A stretch of DNA of 64,000 nucleotides from an uncultured bacterium (GTDB lineage Bacteria > Babelota > Babeliae > Babelales > Vermiphilaceae). Location of the stretch: positions 704,001-768,000 of the forward strand of contig OY970212.1 in assembly GCA_963713925.1 (NCBI GenBank), written 5' to 3'. The notes beneath the pieces were generated by a model. It worked only from the letters and a program-made list of their open reading frames with translations, had not been told where the DNA came from and ran no database searches. The translations under genes were made by a program, and so were the position numbers. Position 1 is the first letter of the stretch. The number at the start of each line of letters is the position of its first letter. Below are positions 10,119 through 19,635 of this stretch, piece by piece.

Positions 10119-11348
10119 ATGAACACTTTTGTATTGAATTATAAAATATCGTGGATTGCGTTTATTTGTTATTCAGCTTGTCTTTTTTCTTTGTCGGCAT
10201 CTTTACACGCCCAAACCCAGGTCGAAAAGATTTTTTATCATGTCATGAAACCAAACAATATGGGCAATAAACTACTCGGGACATCCAATAAAAAAAAAGA
10301 TGCTCATGATAAAACGCTTGAGCTTGCAAAGCTTGTCCTTTATTTTTCTGATTCTTTTCTCATCAGTCAACTTCCGGACGGTATCGTGCCGCAATCAAAA
10401 GGTCGCAAAACGCTTGCATTTATTTTGCCCGGAGTTGGCGTTGCCGCAGGAGATGTTCAAAAGGAATTGAATAAATATGCTGCATTGGATGAACGCCATT
10501 TTCGCTTTTCAGTGGCACCGATAAATGTTCCTACAAAAGGATTAAGTATCAAAATTGCTTATGAGCCTGAATGGATTGAAGTGGCGGTGCATGAATTTAA
10601 AACAATTGGCAATCAACAAGCTTTGGTGATCACCTGTTATGATAAAAAATGCATTGAGAATCTCAAAAGTAGTCGCCCAACCGTTCTGCAAATGGCATCA
10701 CTGCAACGGCCAACTATTGTTGTCGATTGTGGGCACGGAGGGGATGACACCGGTGCATGCGGTTTTTTTAATATCAAAGAGAAAGAGCTCGTAAAAAAAA
10801 TAGGGGACCAACTGGAGCATGAACTCAAGAAGCGGGGTTGGTTTGTTGTGATGACGCGCAAGGGCGATGAATTTGTTCCACTGGACAAACGAACATTCAA
10901 AATTAATTCTGAAAAATCGGCAACAGTTGCGCTTTCTTTGCATGCAAATTCAGGAAAGTCTGATCAAGCGCAGGGCATCGAAACCTTTTATTATGACCCG
11001 GTTTTGTTGACTGAAAACATAAAGAATAGCATAGATATTTCTTTTAGCACCGACATGTCTGATAACACGTGTAAATTAAGTAAAGATTTAGCTCATTGCA
11101 TGCAAACGGCCCTCCTTTCCTCAGTATCGCACATGAACCCTGATGTTATTGACCGCACAGTCAAGCAAGGAACGGCACAAGTGCTCATGGGAAGCTCAAT
11201 ACCGGCGGTATTGGTCGAAATGGGTTTTGTGTCACATCGCAAAGAAGCGCGCTTGCTTGCAAATCAGGAATACCAAAAATTGATTGTTGCAGGCTTGGTC
11301 GCCGGTCTTGAAAAGTTCGTGGAAGATGTAAAAAAACGCGTATCTTAA
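10119..11348 (+). CDS. N-acetylmuramoyl-L-alanine amidase (Amidase_3)
   Basis: VDCGHGGDDTGA, EKE, SLHANS, PAVLVEMGFVS zinc motifs; signal peptide. Confidence 0.92.
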   Translation: MNTFVLNYKISWIAFICYSACLFSLSASLHAQTQVEKIFYHVMKPNNMGNKLLGTSNKKKDAHDKTLELAKLVLYFSDSFLISQLPDGIVPQSKGRKTLAFILPGVGVAAGDVQKELNKYAALDERHFRFSVAPINVPTKGLSIKIAYEPEWIEVAVHEFKTIGNQQALVITCYDKKCIENLKSSRPTVLQMASLQRPTIVVDCGHGGDDTGACGFFNIKEKELVKKIGDQLEHELKKRGWFVVMTRKGDEFVPLDKRTFKINSEKSATVALSLHANSGKSDQAQGIETFYYDPVLLTENIKNSIDISFSTDMSDNTCKLSKDLAHCMQTALLSSVSHMNPDVIDRTVKQGTAQVLMGSSIPAVLVEMGFVSHRKEARLLANQEYQKLIVAGLVAGLEKFVEDVKKRVS

Positions 11349-11466
11349 AAACTTTTTTCATCTGTCTTTTTAAAATAACCTGCATATGGTACATTAACTA
11401 CACTCAAATGGAGAACATTTGGGAAGTACTACCAAGTTAGTTATAAATGAACAAAAAAATTATTCA

Positions 11467-11530
11467 GGTCTCATGCGTGGCATGGGTGTATATTATGGGC
11501 CCCAATCGTAATGGCAATGAAGATTGGGTA
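11467..11530 (+). repeat. Two tandem palindromic elements in the dnaA leader
   Basis: GGTCTCATGC-GTG-GCATGGGTGTA and GGGCCCCAATC-N14-GATTGGGTA. Confidence 0.65.
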
Positions 11531-11534
11531 TGTT

Positions 11535-12947
11535 ATGATGATTTCCTTAGATACGTTGTGGCAGGAATTTTTATCGATAATAAAGGAAGAGGCGGGTACT
11601 CGCGTCGTTGATACGTGGTTTAAGGCTGTTTCCTTGATCCGATGGGATCCTACGGGCAGCGCCGCGTATCTTGAAGTTCCGAACATTTTTATTCGTGATT
11701 GGATACAATCGCACTATATGCCCTTAATCGGCACTCATTTGGCGCGCCTGTTGCATGTTCAAGAAATTCATGCACTTCTTGTTGTTCGTGGGGCACAAGC
11801 AGCGCAAGAATCAAAAGAGATTGTGCATGAAATAGTTGTAAAACAAGAAGAAGTCGCCATCGTTTCCGAGCCGAAACATCAAACGCAGGTTGCAAAGGCG
11901 CCTACTCATCGAATTCAACCTGGCATTCGTGCGACACATACTTTTCAGACATTTGTCGTCGGACCGAACAATTCTCTTGCATACGCCGCTGCTCAAGCGG
12001 TGACCCAAAAACCGGGAGTTTTATACAATCCACTGTTCATTTATGGAGGCTCCGGACTTGGCAAAACGCATTTATTACATGCGATCGGAAATGGCATTAA
12101 ACAAGCAGATGAAAAAGCATCCATTTTATATCAGACAGCAGATCGATTCGTAAATGAGTTCATCAATGCGATTCGCTTTGATCGTGTGCATGTTTTTAAG
12201 GAAAAGTATCGCGCAGTTGATGTGCTCTTGATTGATGATATCCAGTTCATTTCCAATAAAGAGCAAACACAAGAGGCCTTCTTTCATATATTTAATACGC
12301 TGTATGATTTACATAAGCAAATTGTATTTACCAGTGATGTAATTCCTCAAAATATCGTTGGTTTGGCTGAACGATTACGATCTCGTCTATCCTGGGGGCT
12401 CGTATCTGATATTCAGGCACCTTCACTCGAGACTAAAATTGCTATTGTGCGCAAAAAAGCGGAACAATCACATGAGTCATTTCCGGACGAAGTCGCATCT
12501 TTTATCGCGTCGATGGATGTATCGAATATTCGAGAGCTTGAAGGATTGTTGATTCGTGTGCTCGCGTTTGCCTCATTGACTGGGCAGCCGATTACTCTTG
12601 GTTTGGCACAAAATGTGTTAGGAATTCAGAATCCAACACCAAAGTCACAGTCGATTGATTTTGAAGCAATTATTCGTTGTCTCTGTCGACATTTTGCATA
12701 CACACTGGATGATTTGCGCTCAAAAAATAGAAGCAAAGAGCTATCATTCGTTCGGCATGTCGCTATGTTTCTCATGAAAAAATTCACGGAGCGCTCCTTG
12801 CGTGATATAGGCGTATTCTTAGGAGGCCGTGATCATTCAACGGTTATGCATGCACTTGAAAAAATTGAAGAATCGATCAAAACAGATAGCATAATCCGTG
12901 AACAGATAGAAAAAATAGAAGCTTCTATTCTGAAAGCCAGTCGCTAA
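11535..12947 (+). CDS. dnaA: Chromosomal replication initiator DnaA
   Basis: YNPLFIYGGSGLGKTHL, LLIDDIQF, NIRELEG, GGRDHSTVMHA. The track ATG at 11511 lies inside a repeat, so 11535 or 11538 is the likelier start. Confidence 0.98.
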   Translation: MMISLDTLWQEFLSIIKEEAGTRVVDTWFKAVSLIRWDPTGSAAYLEVPNIFIRDWIQSHYMPLIGTHLARLLHVQEIHALLVVRGAQAAQESKEIVHEIVVKQEEVAIVSEPKHQTQVAKAPTHRIQPGIRATHTFQTFVVGPNNSLAYAAAQAVTQKPGVLYNPLFIYGGSGLGKTHLLHAIGNGIKQADEKASILYQTADRFVNEFINAIRFDRVHVFKEKYRAVDVLLIDDIQFISNKEQTQEAFFHIFNTLYDLHKQIVFTSDVIPQNIVGLAERLRSRLSWGLVSDIQAPSLETKIAIVRKKAEQSHESFPDEVASFIASMDVSNIRELEGLLIRVLAFASLTGQPITLGLAQNVLGIQNPTPKSQSIDFEAIIRCLCRHFAYTLDDLRSKNRSKELSFVRHVAMFLMKKFTERSLRDIGVFLGGRDHSTVMHALEKIEESIKTDSIIREQIEKIEASILKASR

Positions 12948-14014
12948 GCGCGCAGATCTTCCATTCCCAGTGCGCGAACAGGATTCATTCTTTGTCGTGC
13001 GAGCCGTTCTCTTTTGGTCAGAAAAAGTACGTCTTTAATGCATTTACTCGTCAGATGAAAATACCAATGTAAATATGATTTGAAAGGACCTTTTGAGTAG
13101 AGTCCGGTTGCTGTTGGAAAGTGTTCGGTATCAACGATGACAAGACTATGAGTGCGTTTATCAATCATAAAATTTTTGATATGAGGGTCGATCATAAGAT
13201 TCATTTTATTACACAGGGTCAGCGAACGGGATCGATCTTGCGGTGAAGAAAGACTGAATGGTCGTTCGGGTTCAATGCAATCGGCAACAATGACATAGGT
13301 GCCCGGGATTGTGCTTTCAAGGGATCGATCAGCAAAGTTATCGCCGCGTATGGTTATCATGCGACTATTGGTTGGGATCCAAAACCACTTGTTGGGAATT
13401 TCCACTTGATTTGCCAGCTGAGGATTTTTTGCGAGCTCACGTAAAACAATTTCTCTATTTTTTATACGAGTAAAACCTGTCAAATGGCGGCTGACTCCTG
13501 AACCCATATAAAAAAAGAAAATTGGCTCAATTCCTTTGTTAAACGGGTTTACAATTCCTTCAGGAGTTTCGATAAAGAGCTTCAAGACATACGGATAGTC
13601 TCTAAATTTTAATACAAGAAGCCCCCAATTTTTATCAAAATTATAATCTTTTGATTGTAAAATTTTAAAATGAGTAAGGCGTTGTTTTTTTTCGTTTAAC
13701 TCAACAAGCAATTCATTAATAAGCTGTTTCAGGCGCGAGCCCAAGACTGTTTTTCCCGGTTCATAATGAAAAGATAATGCACTGTCAGGCAGTTCATAAC
13801 GACGTAGGTGGCTCGGATCATATAAATGAAAAAAAGGATAGATCCCTAAGTGGGAATGTGTGATCTTATATGGCTTGGTATCATCACTCCAGTGGGTAGT
13901 GATGGTAGGGGTGGGATTGCGGCGAGCACGAAGTGGTGATCGCGCCTGCAGTGGGAAATTGGTGCTTATCAGCATGAGCACAAGCACATACCGAAGTAAT
14001 AGATTTGTCTTCAT
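12944..14014 (-). CDS. Secreted protein with atypical kinase-like motifs
   Basis: Signal peptide; YVLKLF, IDPHIKNF, IVDTEH resemble the beta3-Lys, catalytic loop and DFG-equivalent of kinases. Confidence 0.6.
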   Translation of the reverse strand: MKTNLLLRYVLVLMLISTNFPLQARSPLRARRNPTPTITTHWSDDTKPYKITHSHLGIYPFFHLYDPSHLRRYELPDSALSFHYEPGKTVLGSRLKQLINELLVELNEKKQRLTHFKILQSKDYNFDKNWGLLVLKFRDYPYVLKLFIETPEGIVNPFNKGIEPIFFFYMGSGVSRHLTGFTRIKNREIVLRELAKNPQLANQVEIPNKWFWIPTNSRMITIRGDNFADRSLESTIPGTYVIVADCIEPERPFSLSSPQDRSRSLTLCNKMNLMIDPHIKNFMIDKRTHSLVIVDTEHFPTATGLYSKGPFKSYLHWYFHLTSKCIKDVLFLTKRERLARQRMNPVRALGMEDLRA

Positions 14015-14298
14015 TCACTTACATCTCTCAATGAACATTAAACCCATGCTTATACCCCCACGCGAGCTTGTAGGAACGATTCGGGATCCCGCTTGCGCAA
14101 GCATAGAACATAATCTTTTTCAACAGCTTGGCAAGTTAGAAGGGCTGTGTCAATACGTTTGAGTGTATCAACAGTGTCATCGACAGGTGAAATTTTGTTT
14201 TTTCCGCGACCTGTTGCCCTTCATCTTTAACTGGGGTATGGTCATAATAAAAGGATGAGTAAAAATAGTGAAGCCCCCCCAAAAAGAAGGAAGTTACT

Positions 14299-14832
14299 AT
14301 GGAACCTGATGGAATACTCAAACGTCGCTGTGAACTACTCCAACTTGTAACTGCGTTACCCAAAAAAATGATTTCACTCGATCATAATTTCAATCATAGT
14401 CAATTTGTGCTGCATGAACTTTCTAAAAATAATTGTTTCAATCTTCCGCGCGTTGCCTACTTTGTTGATAATCCCGATTTTAACTGTTTCAAAGGTATAT
14501 CGGGAGTGAATCATCAAGAACTGGGAACGAGCTGTGTTATTGATTGGACAAAGCCTGAAGTATTTGATGCGCAAATAGGAAAGTCTGCATTTCATCAAAA
14601 AGTGCGTGCTATAAACATGGAAAGTCCGATGCATAATAAACGTGCAGATAAAGATGTTGTTGATCAACTGGCCGATTCTCTTGCACTAAAAGAGGTGACC
14701 TACTGCTCATGGCCGCTGAAGCATGACAATCGTGGGCTTTTGGTGTATGAAAAATCAAACAAAAATGATCCGTTTGTCGATGAGCACCTGGCCGACGCAC
14801 TCTACTTGTTGAGTTTTTGCCCGATTCATTGA
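14299..14832 (+). CDS. Hypothetical protein
   Basis: 177 aa ORF with AAGGAAG RBS. Confidence 0.75.
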   Translation: MEPDGILKRRCELLQLVTALPKKMISLDHNFNHSQFVLHELSKNNCFNLPRVAYFVDNPDFNCFKGISGVNHQELGTSCVIDWTKPEVFDAQIGKSAFHQKVRAINMESPMHNKRADKDVVDQLADSLALKEVTYCSWPLKHDNRGLLVYEKSNKNDPFVDEHLADALYLLSFCPIH

Positions 14833-15071
14833 TTATGTTCTGCTAGCCTCTTCAAAACGGGAGCGTATTGTTCAAGAAACTCTTTTTTAAATTTTTCGAA
14901 TAGCTCGTGTCGCTTTTTCGCCCCCAGGTCTCGATCACGCGGAGTGATAATGATACTGTTATTAGCTCCGATCATATCGATTCCTGTTTGTTCATCGATG
15001 CCAATTGAGTCTAAAAAGTATTTGTCAATTTCGAGTATCAAATTGCCGTTTTTTTTGAATTTTATGTTCAA
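14826..15071 (-). CDS. AbrB/MazE/SpoVT-family DNA-binding protein (orphan antitoxin-like)
   Basis: KKNGNLILEIDK..L..IGI...SIIITP swapped-hairpin pattern and a ..Y..VLKRLA tail. Confidence 0.65.
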   Translation of the reverse strand: MNIKFKKNGNLILEIDKYFLDSIGIDEQTGIDMIGANNSIIITPRDRDLGAKKRHELFEKFKKEFLEQYAPVLKRLAEHNQ

Positions 15072-15273
15072 TGCTATCCATTTTGATTGAGAGTCTGTTC
15101 ATTATACTTAATGTACCATATCTTGCTTTATCTTGCTTTGAAATAATAAAAATGGAGCAAAATCAACAAAATCCCCTGAGCAGCACTGTTTTTTGATTCA
15201 TAATCTTGATTTTTCAGAGTCAAATCAGATATGCTTAACATGAATATAGATGCTAATTTTTTGGGGGGGTTAT

Positions 15274-16158
15274 ATGAAGAAATTGTCATTTATCACGCTA
15301 TTCTTGATGCCATTTGTGGCATTGCAAGCAAGTCAATCATCACTGTATAGATACCGGGCACCTGCCGGCCAGGGGATGCAATTTTCTTATACGCCCAATC
15401 AAACTCAAACGATGGGCAGATCTGGCCCGCGAGAGTTGCTGGCTCGGTACAAAAATTTTATGAATAAAGTTAATTCGCCGTGGACTTCATACGTAGATGT
15501 TGATCGGGAGAGAGAATGGAGTAATGCCGAAAAAAAAGCTTTGGCGTTGCGCCTTCGAAAGCATAGAGAAGAAGAACGTGAGGGTAAAAATTTAGCCAAC
15601 AAGATGAAAGATAAAGAATTTTTTACAGGACTAGAGCAGCATGCTCTTTCTGAATCTGATCCTGACAAGAGAGCGAGCGATAAGCGTATTGCGTATTATG
15701 CAGCACTAGAAATATTAAAGCAAGACGAAGATCAAGGTAGATACACTCGTTTTCAAGGAGGACTCAAAGACCATGGTATTTGGGAAGACGATTTTGTGGA
15801 GTTTATGCCCAACTGGGGCGGTGTTACTTGGACTATGCGTGATGACGATGATAAACGAAAAGAATTTAATAGATATCGTTGGGCAAAAAATTATATTGCC
15901 AAAAATTTCCCTGAACAGTTTGCCAAACTGAGGGGGGACACTTCTTTAGTCATTTCGGACTTACAATATTTTCGTGAGAATCATTCTCCCAAAGGTAAAT
16001 GGTTTTATCTAGAGGATACTTTAAAGACATCTGATCCTGAAATAACCCTGACTCGAGAGGATATTAATATATTCAGAAAAAATAATAAAATGGACCATCC
16101 ACATTATCAAACACTCGGGTCGAAGATACGGAATTATTTCTGGCCGCCGAATAATTAG
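15274..16158 (+). CDS. Hypothetical secreted protein
   Basis: GGGGG RBS; MKKLSFITLFLMPFVALQA signal peptide; charged body. Confidence 0.75.
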   Translation: MKKLSFITLFLMPFVALQASQSSLYRYRAPAGQGMQFSYTPNQTQTMGRSGPRELLARYKNFMNKVNSPWTSYVDVDREREWSNAEKKALALRLRKHREEEREGKNLANKMKDKEFFTGLEQHALSESDPDKRASDKRIAYYAALEILKQDEDQGRYTRFQGGLKDHGIWEDDFVEFMPNWGGVTWTMRDDDDKRKEFNRYRWAKNYIAKNFPEQFAKLRGDTSLVISDLQYFRENHSPKGKWFYLEDTLKTSDPEITLTREDINIFRKNNKMDHPHYQTLGSKIRNYFWPPNN

Positions 16159-16247
16159 GTCAAAATGTTGTTTTCAATCTTTTACCGGTGGGTATGAGAC
16201 GATTCAAAAGTGCAACGAGCTTTGAATTAGCAAAAAATAGTATTTGA

Positions 16248-16279
16248 AAGAGAGAGTAGAAATTTTCTGCTCTCTCTTT
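16248..16279. terminator. Bidirectional terminator-like hairpin
   Basis: AAGAGAGAGTAGA-AATTT-TCTGCTCTCTCTT between convergent genes. Confidence 0.6.
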
Positions 16280-16282
16280 ACT

Positions 16283-17431
16283 TTAAAACAACTCTAATCC
16301 TGGCATTGTCTTGTTACAAATATAAGCCAACGTTGCACCGCCGCCGGTTGAGATCCAAGTGAATCTGTTTTCATATCCCAAATCGTAGGCTGCTTGCGCA
16401 GTTTGTCCACCGGCAATGATTGTTGTTCCTTGAACGTGAGCAAGCGCGTCAAAAATTAATTTATTAATATTCATTGAGTGTTCATTATCAAGAAAACCCA
16501 TCAATCCGGCATAAAGCGCGGTGTGTGACTGCTGGATGATTTTTACAAACGCTTCCACAGATTGAGTTCCAAGGCCAATAATTTTTTGATCAGTTGAAAG
16601 CTGGCCGATTGGAAGTGACCGACTTTCACCCGTCATTTCAATTGCATAGTCTTTTGGAATCGTCATATTAATTTTTGGTTGTTCAACTCTTTTAATAATA
16701 ATGCGTGCTTGTGCGACTATTTCCGGAGAAAATAGTCCTAATGATGCAAAGTAGGCAGTGTTCTCGTTGCGCGCACAGTGAAATGGAAATGATTGTGCTG
16801 GACCGACTAAAATATGGCCAGCTCGCGAAGAAAGAGCTTCGATAGCAGCTAATTTTTCAGCATATTTTGCACCGCCGATGAGTACAGTGAGTTTCTGCGC
16901 AGGGACTTGTTTGAGAGGCGCAAGATGGTGCAATTCTTTTTCGACCAGAGGACCGATACTCCGTTTACTTGGCTCAAATTCAGACGCTAATTGGTCAACA
17001 AACGGATCTCCTCGATGAGCACTCCCCCATGAATCGTTGATATAGAATTCGCATGTTTCTTGCAGCAATGAAATTAAATGTTCAGGCTCTTGGAAAAAAC
17101 GAAGATTCTCTAAAAGTAAAAATGAACCGGGTTGCAATTGATGCGCCATTTGAGGCAGGTCATGTACTCCGGGACAAAATGCAATCGGGAAGTTAGCATT
17201 CTGAAACAGCGTGGCTAATTGCTCTGTTGAAAGCCATGCATCATATCCATGTGGCCTGCCACGATGAGTGCCGATAATGGTGCGAGCTCCGGCATCGTGC
17301 AACCATTGTAATGTCGGAATAATTTTATTAAATTTAACCGTTTCTTCAAGTGATTCAATATTAAGATCAACACGCAAAAATACGGCTTTATTTTTGAGAC
17401 TCCAATCGTTACAAATCATTTTCGGTAGCAT
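16283..17431 (-). CDS. pgk: Phosphoglycerate kinase (divergent)
   Basis: RVDLN, THRGRP, LLENLRF, GGAK, WISTGGGATL. Confidence 0.9.
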   Translation of the reverse strand: MLPKMICNDWSLKNKAVFLRVDLNIESLEETVKFNKIIPTLQWLHDAGARTIIGTHRGRPHGYDAWLSTEQLATLFQNANFPIAFCPGVHDLPQMAHQLQPGSFLLLENLRFFQEPEHLISLLQETCEFYINDSWGSAHRGDPFVDQLASEFEPSKRSIGPLVEKELHHLAPLKQVPAQKLTVLIGGAKYAEKLAAIEALSSRAGHILVGPAQSFPFHCARNENTAYFASLGLFSPEIVAQARIIIKRVEQPKINMTIPKDYAIEMTGESRSLPIGQLSTDQKIIGLGTQSVEAFVKIIQQSHTALYAGLMGFLDNEHSMNINKLIFDALAHVQGTTIIAGGQTAQAAYDLGYENRFTWISTGGGATLAYICNKTMPGLELF

Positions 17432-17442
17432 GGAAACTCTCC

Positions 17443-17946
17443 CTATTTCTTGAGTTTTGCCAGAAATTTATTGGCCGCAGTCAAGTCGTTAATAGTGAGA
17501 GTTAACTTTGTTGAAGTTTGCTCGTTATGTGGATATTCAATTTTGAAAGTCTCACTTAATTTCGTATTTTTTTTATGTTTGGTTATTCCGTTCATTCCTT
17601 CGTAGTCTCGCAATTCGGGGACATCGGTAAAATGTTTTCTGTGCATATCGTTGGTTATTATTCCATTTTCAATAATATACTTGTCTCGAGCACGTATTAT
17701 ACCTCCCAATGAGACTTTTCCACTGTTTTCCGATTCAACATTGATCTCAAAATTGGTTTTATTTTGTAAATAATCTAGAGCACCCAAAAACGTTTTCAAA
17801 GCGGCTTGTCCGGAAAAGTAATCTGCTCCGTCAACCGTAATAGTAAAAGATACATTTGAATCATTAGAGCTCTGCGGAAGATCAGCGGAATACGCCGGTA
17901 TTGCTGCACATAAAATTGAAATGAACGAAACGAGTTTCATTTTCAT
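17443..17946 (-). CDS. Hypothetical secreted protein, paralog of 18980-19507
   Basis: AAGGAG RBS; signal peptide; shares SFT..FS..FL..LD..Q.K.NF..ES..IEN.IIT..TKLS..STK with the paralog. Confidence 0.75.
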   Translation of the reverse strand: MKMKLVSFISILCAAIPAYSADLPQSSNDSNVSFTITVDGADYFSGQAALKTFLGALDYLQNKTNFEINVESENSGKVSLGGIIRARDKYIIENGIITNDMHRKHFTDVPELRDYEGMNGITKHKKNTKLSETFKIEYPHNEQTSTKLTLTINDLTAANKFLAKLKK

Positions 17947-17988
17947 AGTGGAACTCTCCTTTTTTAACAAAGATTCTAAAATTACGAA

Positions 17989-18591
17989 TTAGTATTCACT
18001 TTTTAATAATGAAAAAGCAATGGCAATTTTATCTTCGGCCTTTAGGTCAGGGTCAATTAAGTTTATTCCCGCTAAAAAATTCTCGTTTTTTGGACGAAGT
18101 ACCGGATTTATAAGTGGCTTTACAGCAAGAGCGATTGCTTTCGATGCAGCTTGATTCATGTAGGTGATTTCAACAGCCATTGCATTTCTGATAGCTTGAT
18201 CGAGTACATTCTGTTCGGTATACTCATACCCCCGCTTATTAAATTCCAGCATTTGTTTTGTGATTTCTTTTTTATACAATTCGCAGGCTAGAACTTGCTG
18301 ATTTCGACCCTGTCTTACTATACGCAACTCGGCATCATTGGAAAAATGAAGTTGTATCATAAAGTCTAAATTTTCCGGTTGCAGTCTAAAAACTAATGAT
18401 CCTATCACATTGCGCATTTCTTTTTTTGAGATTTTTTGGGAATAATTTGCTACAAAAGAACCGGGGGGAGCGTCTTCATGAATTGATAAATTCATGGTAG
18501 TGCACGGAAAAAGATAATAGGGAAGCCACGGTTTTGTTTCTGCGCTATAATTTTTCAAGAAAACGATAAGCGTCAAAAGTATTCGTTTCAT
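17989..18591 (-). CDS. Hypothetical secreted protein
   Basis: 200 aa ORF, signal-like N-terminus, tightly packed with neighbours. Confidence 0.7.
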   Translation of the reverse strand: MKRILLTLIVFLKNYSAETKPWLPYYLFPCTTMNLSIHEDAPPGSFVANYSQKISKKEMRNVIGSLVFRLQPENLDFMIQLHFSNDAELRIVRQGRNQQVLACELYKKEITKQMLEFNKRGYEYTEQNVLDQAIRNAMAVEITYMNQAASKAIALAVKPLINPVLRPKNENFLAGINLIDPDLKAEDKIAIAFSLLKSEY

Positions 18592-18606
18592 AAAGAGACC
18601 CCGTTA

Positions 18607-18951
18607 CTAAGTTGTAAGATTCGTAATGTGCAAAGAACTACCGGAAACAGTGATAGAAATTAAAGCTCTTTCAAGAGGTATTTGAATATGCCTTTTGGGC
18701 ATGATGCGGCTGTGGTGATATGCGGTCAGGGATCCATCAGCTTTTTTCTCAATCATAATGCTGCCATCTTTGACATGAGCGATAATGTCACACGTGCGTA
18801 ATTGCAAATATCCTGGAAGTATTTGTCCAATACTTGTCCGTTCAAAATGATACGTTGTCGCTTCAATTCTGACCGGTATCTGATGCGCTGAGGGCTCCGG
18901 CAAGGTGGAACATATCCATAAGGAAATGATTGTAGCGAAGATGTATTTCAT
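18607..18951 (-). CDS. Hypothetical secreted protein
   Basis: 114 aa ORF, signal-like N-terminus. Confidence 0.65.
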   Translation of the reverse strand: MKYIFATIISLWICSTLPEPSAHQIPVRIEATTYHFERTSIGQILPGYLQLRTCDIIAHVKDGSIMIEKKADGSLTAYHHSRIMPKRHIQIPLERALISITVSGSSLHITNLTT

Positions 18952-18979
18952 AAAGGCTTACTTCGATTTAATTTGTTTC

Positions 18980-19507
18980 TTATTTTTCGAGCAACTTTGC
19001 CAAACAGGTCACATCACTTTGATTTTTGACCTCGACAATAATTTTGGTGGAAACTTCTTCATTGTGAAGATTTATAGATGCGAAAGAATATACATTAATA
19101 AGAGGATATATTTTCCCGAGTACGAAGCTCAACTTTGTCTTTTTATCATAAGTTGCTGTTCTTGTTGAGCTATGGGATTCTTTTTTAGAGTTGAAATATG
19201 ACTTTTGATTACTCGATTCAGTTATAATTCTATTTTCAATAGCATAACTTGTTTGCGATTCCATTTGTAGATCAGTCGCATCACTGTTGTTACTTTTTGA
19301 TTCGATTCCGAGAGAAAAATTATTCTTTTTTTGAAAGACATCAAGCACTTGCAAGAATTTTGTGTGTGATACATGGTCAGAAAAAACAGAATTATTATTT
19401 AGTATAACAGTGAATGATATGGCCGGGAGAGTGGTGTCGGTAAAATCAGCGGCGTAAGATGCTGTTAAATTAAACAGGATTGTAGATAAATGAACCACAT
19501 ATTTCAT
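18980..19507 (-). CDS. Hypothetical secreted protein, paralog of 17443-17946
   Basis: Signal peptide ...SYA|AD; collinear similarity to the paralog. Confidence 0.75.
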   Translation of the reverse strand: MKYVVHLSTILFNLTASYAADFTDTTLPAISFTVILNNNSVFSDHVSHTKFLQVLDVFQKKNNFSLGIESKSNNSDATDLQMESQTSYAIENRIITESSNQKSYFNSKKESHSSTRTATYDKKTKLSFVLGKIYPLINVYSFASINLHNEEVSTKIIVEVKNQSDVTCLAKLLEK

Positions 19508-19522
19508 AGCAAAGTGCCTTTC

Positions 19523-19560
19523 GCGTATTGTTAATTGATATGCGTATTGTTAATTGATGT
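19523..19560. repeat. 19-bp tandem direct repeat
   Basis: GCGTATTGTTAATTGATAT / GCGTATTGTTAATTGATGT. Confidence 0.8.
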
Positions 19561-19606
19561 GCAGAGTATAGTGTAATTGAATTTTACAAAAAACCAATGT
19601 CATTCT

Positions 19607-19631
19607 GGGGTCCCCAAATTTAATTTGGGGT
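19607..19631 (+). repeat. Minimal palindromic element
   Basis: GGGGTCCCCAAATTTAATTTGGGGT. Confidence 0.65.
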
Positions 19632-19635
19632 TTCT

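Noticed and set aside
11349..11534. oriC directly upstream of dnaA
   Set aside because: No convincing DnaA boxes seen; the region is partly occupied by palindromic elements.
14818..14832. C-terminal CPIH as a third CaaX
   Set aside because: No signal peptide, and His is an atypical X residue; likely chance.
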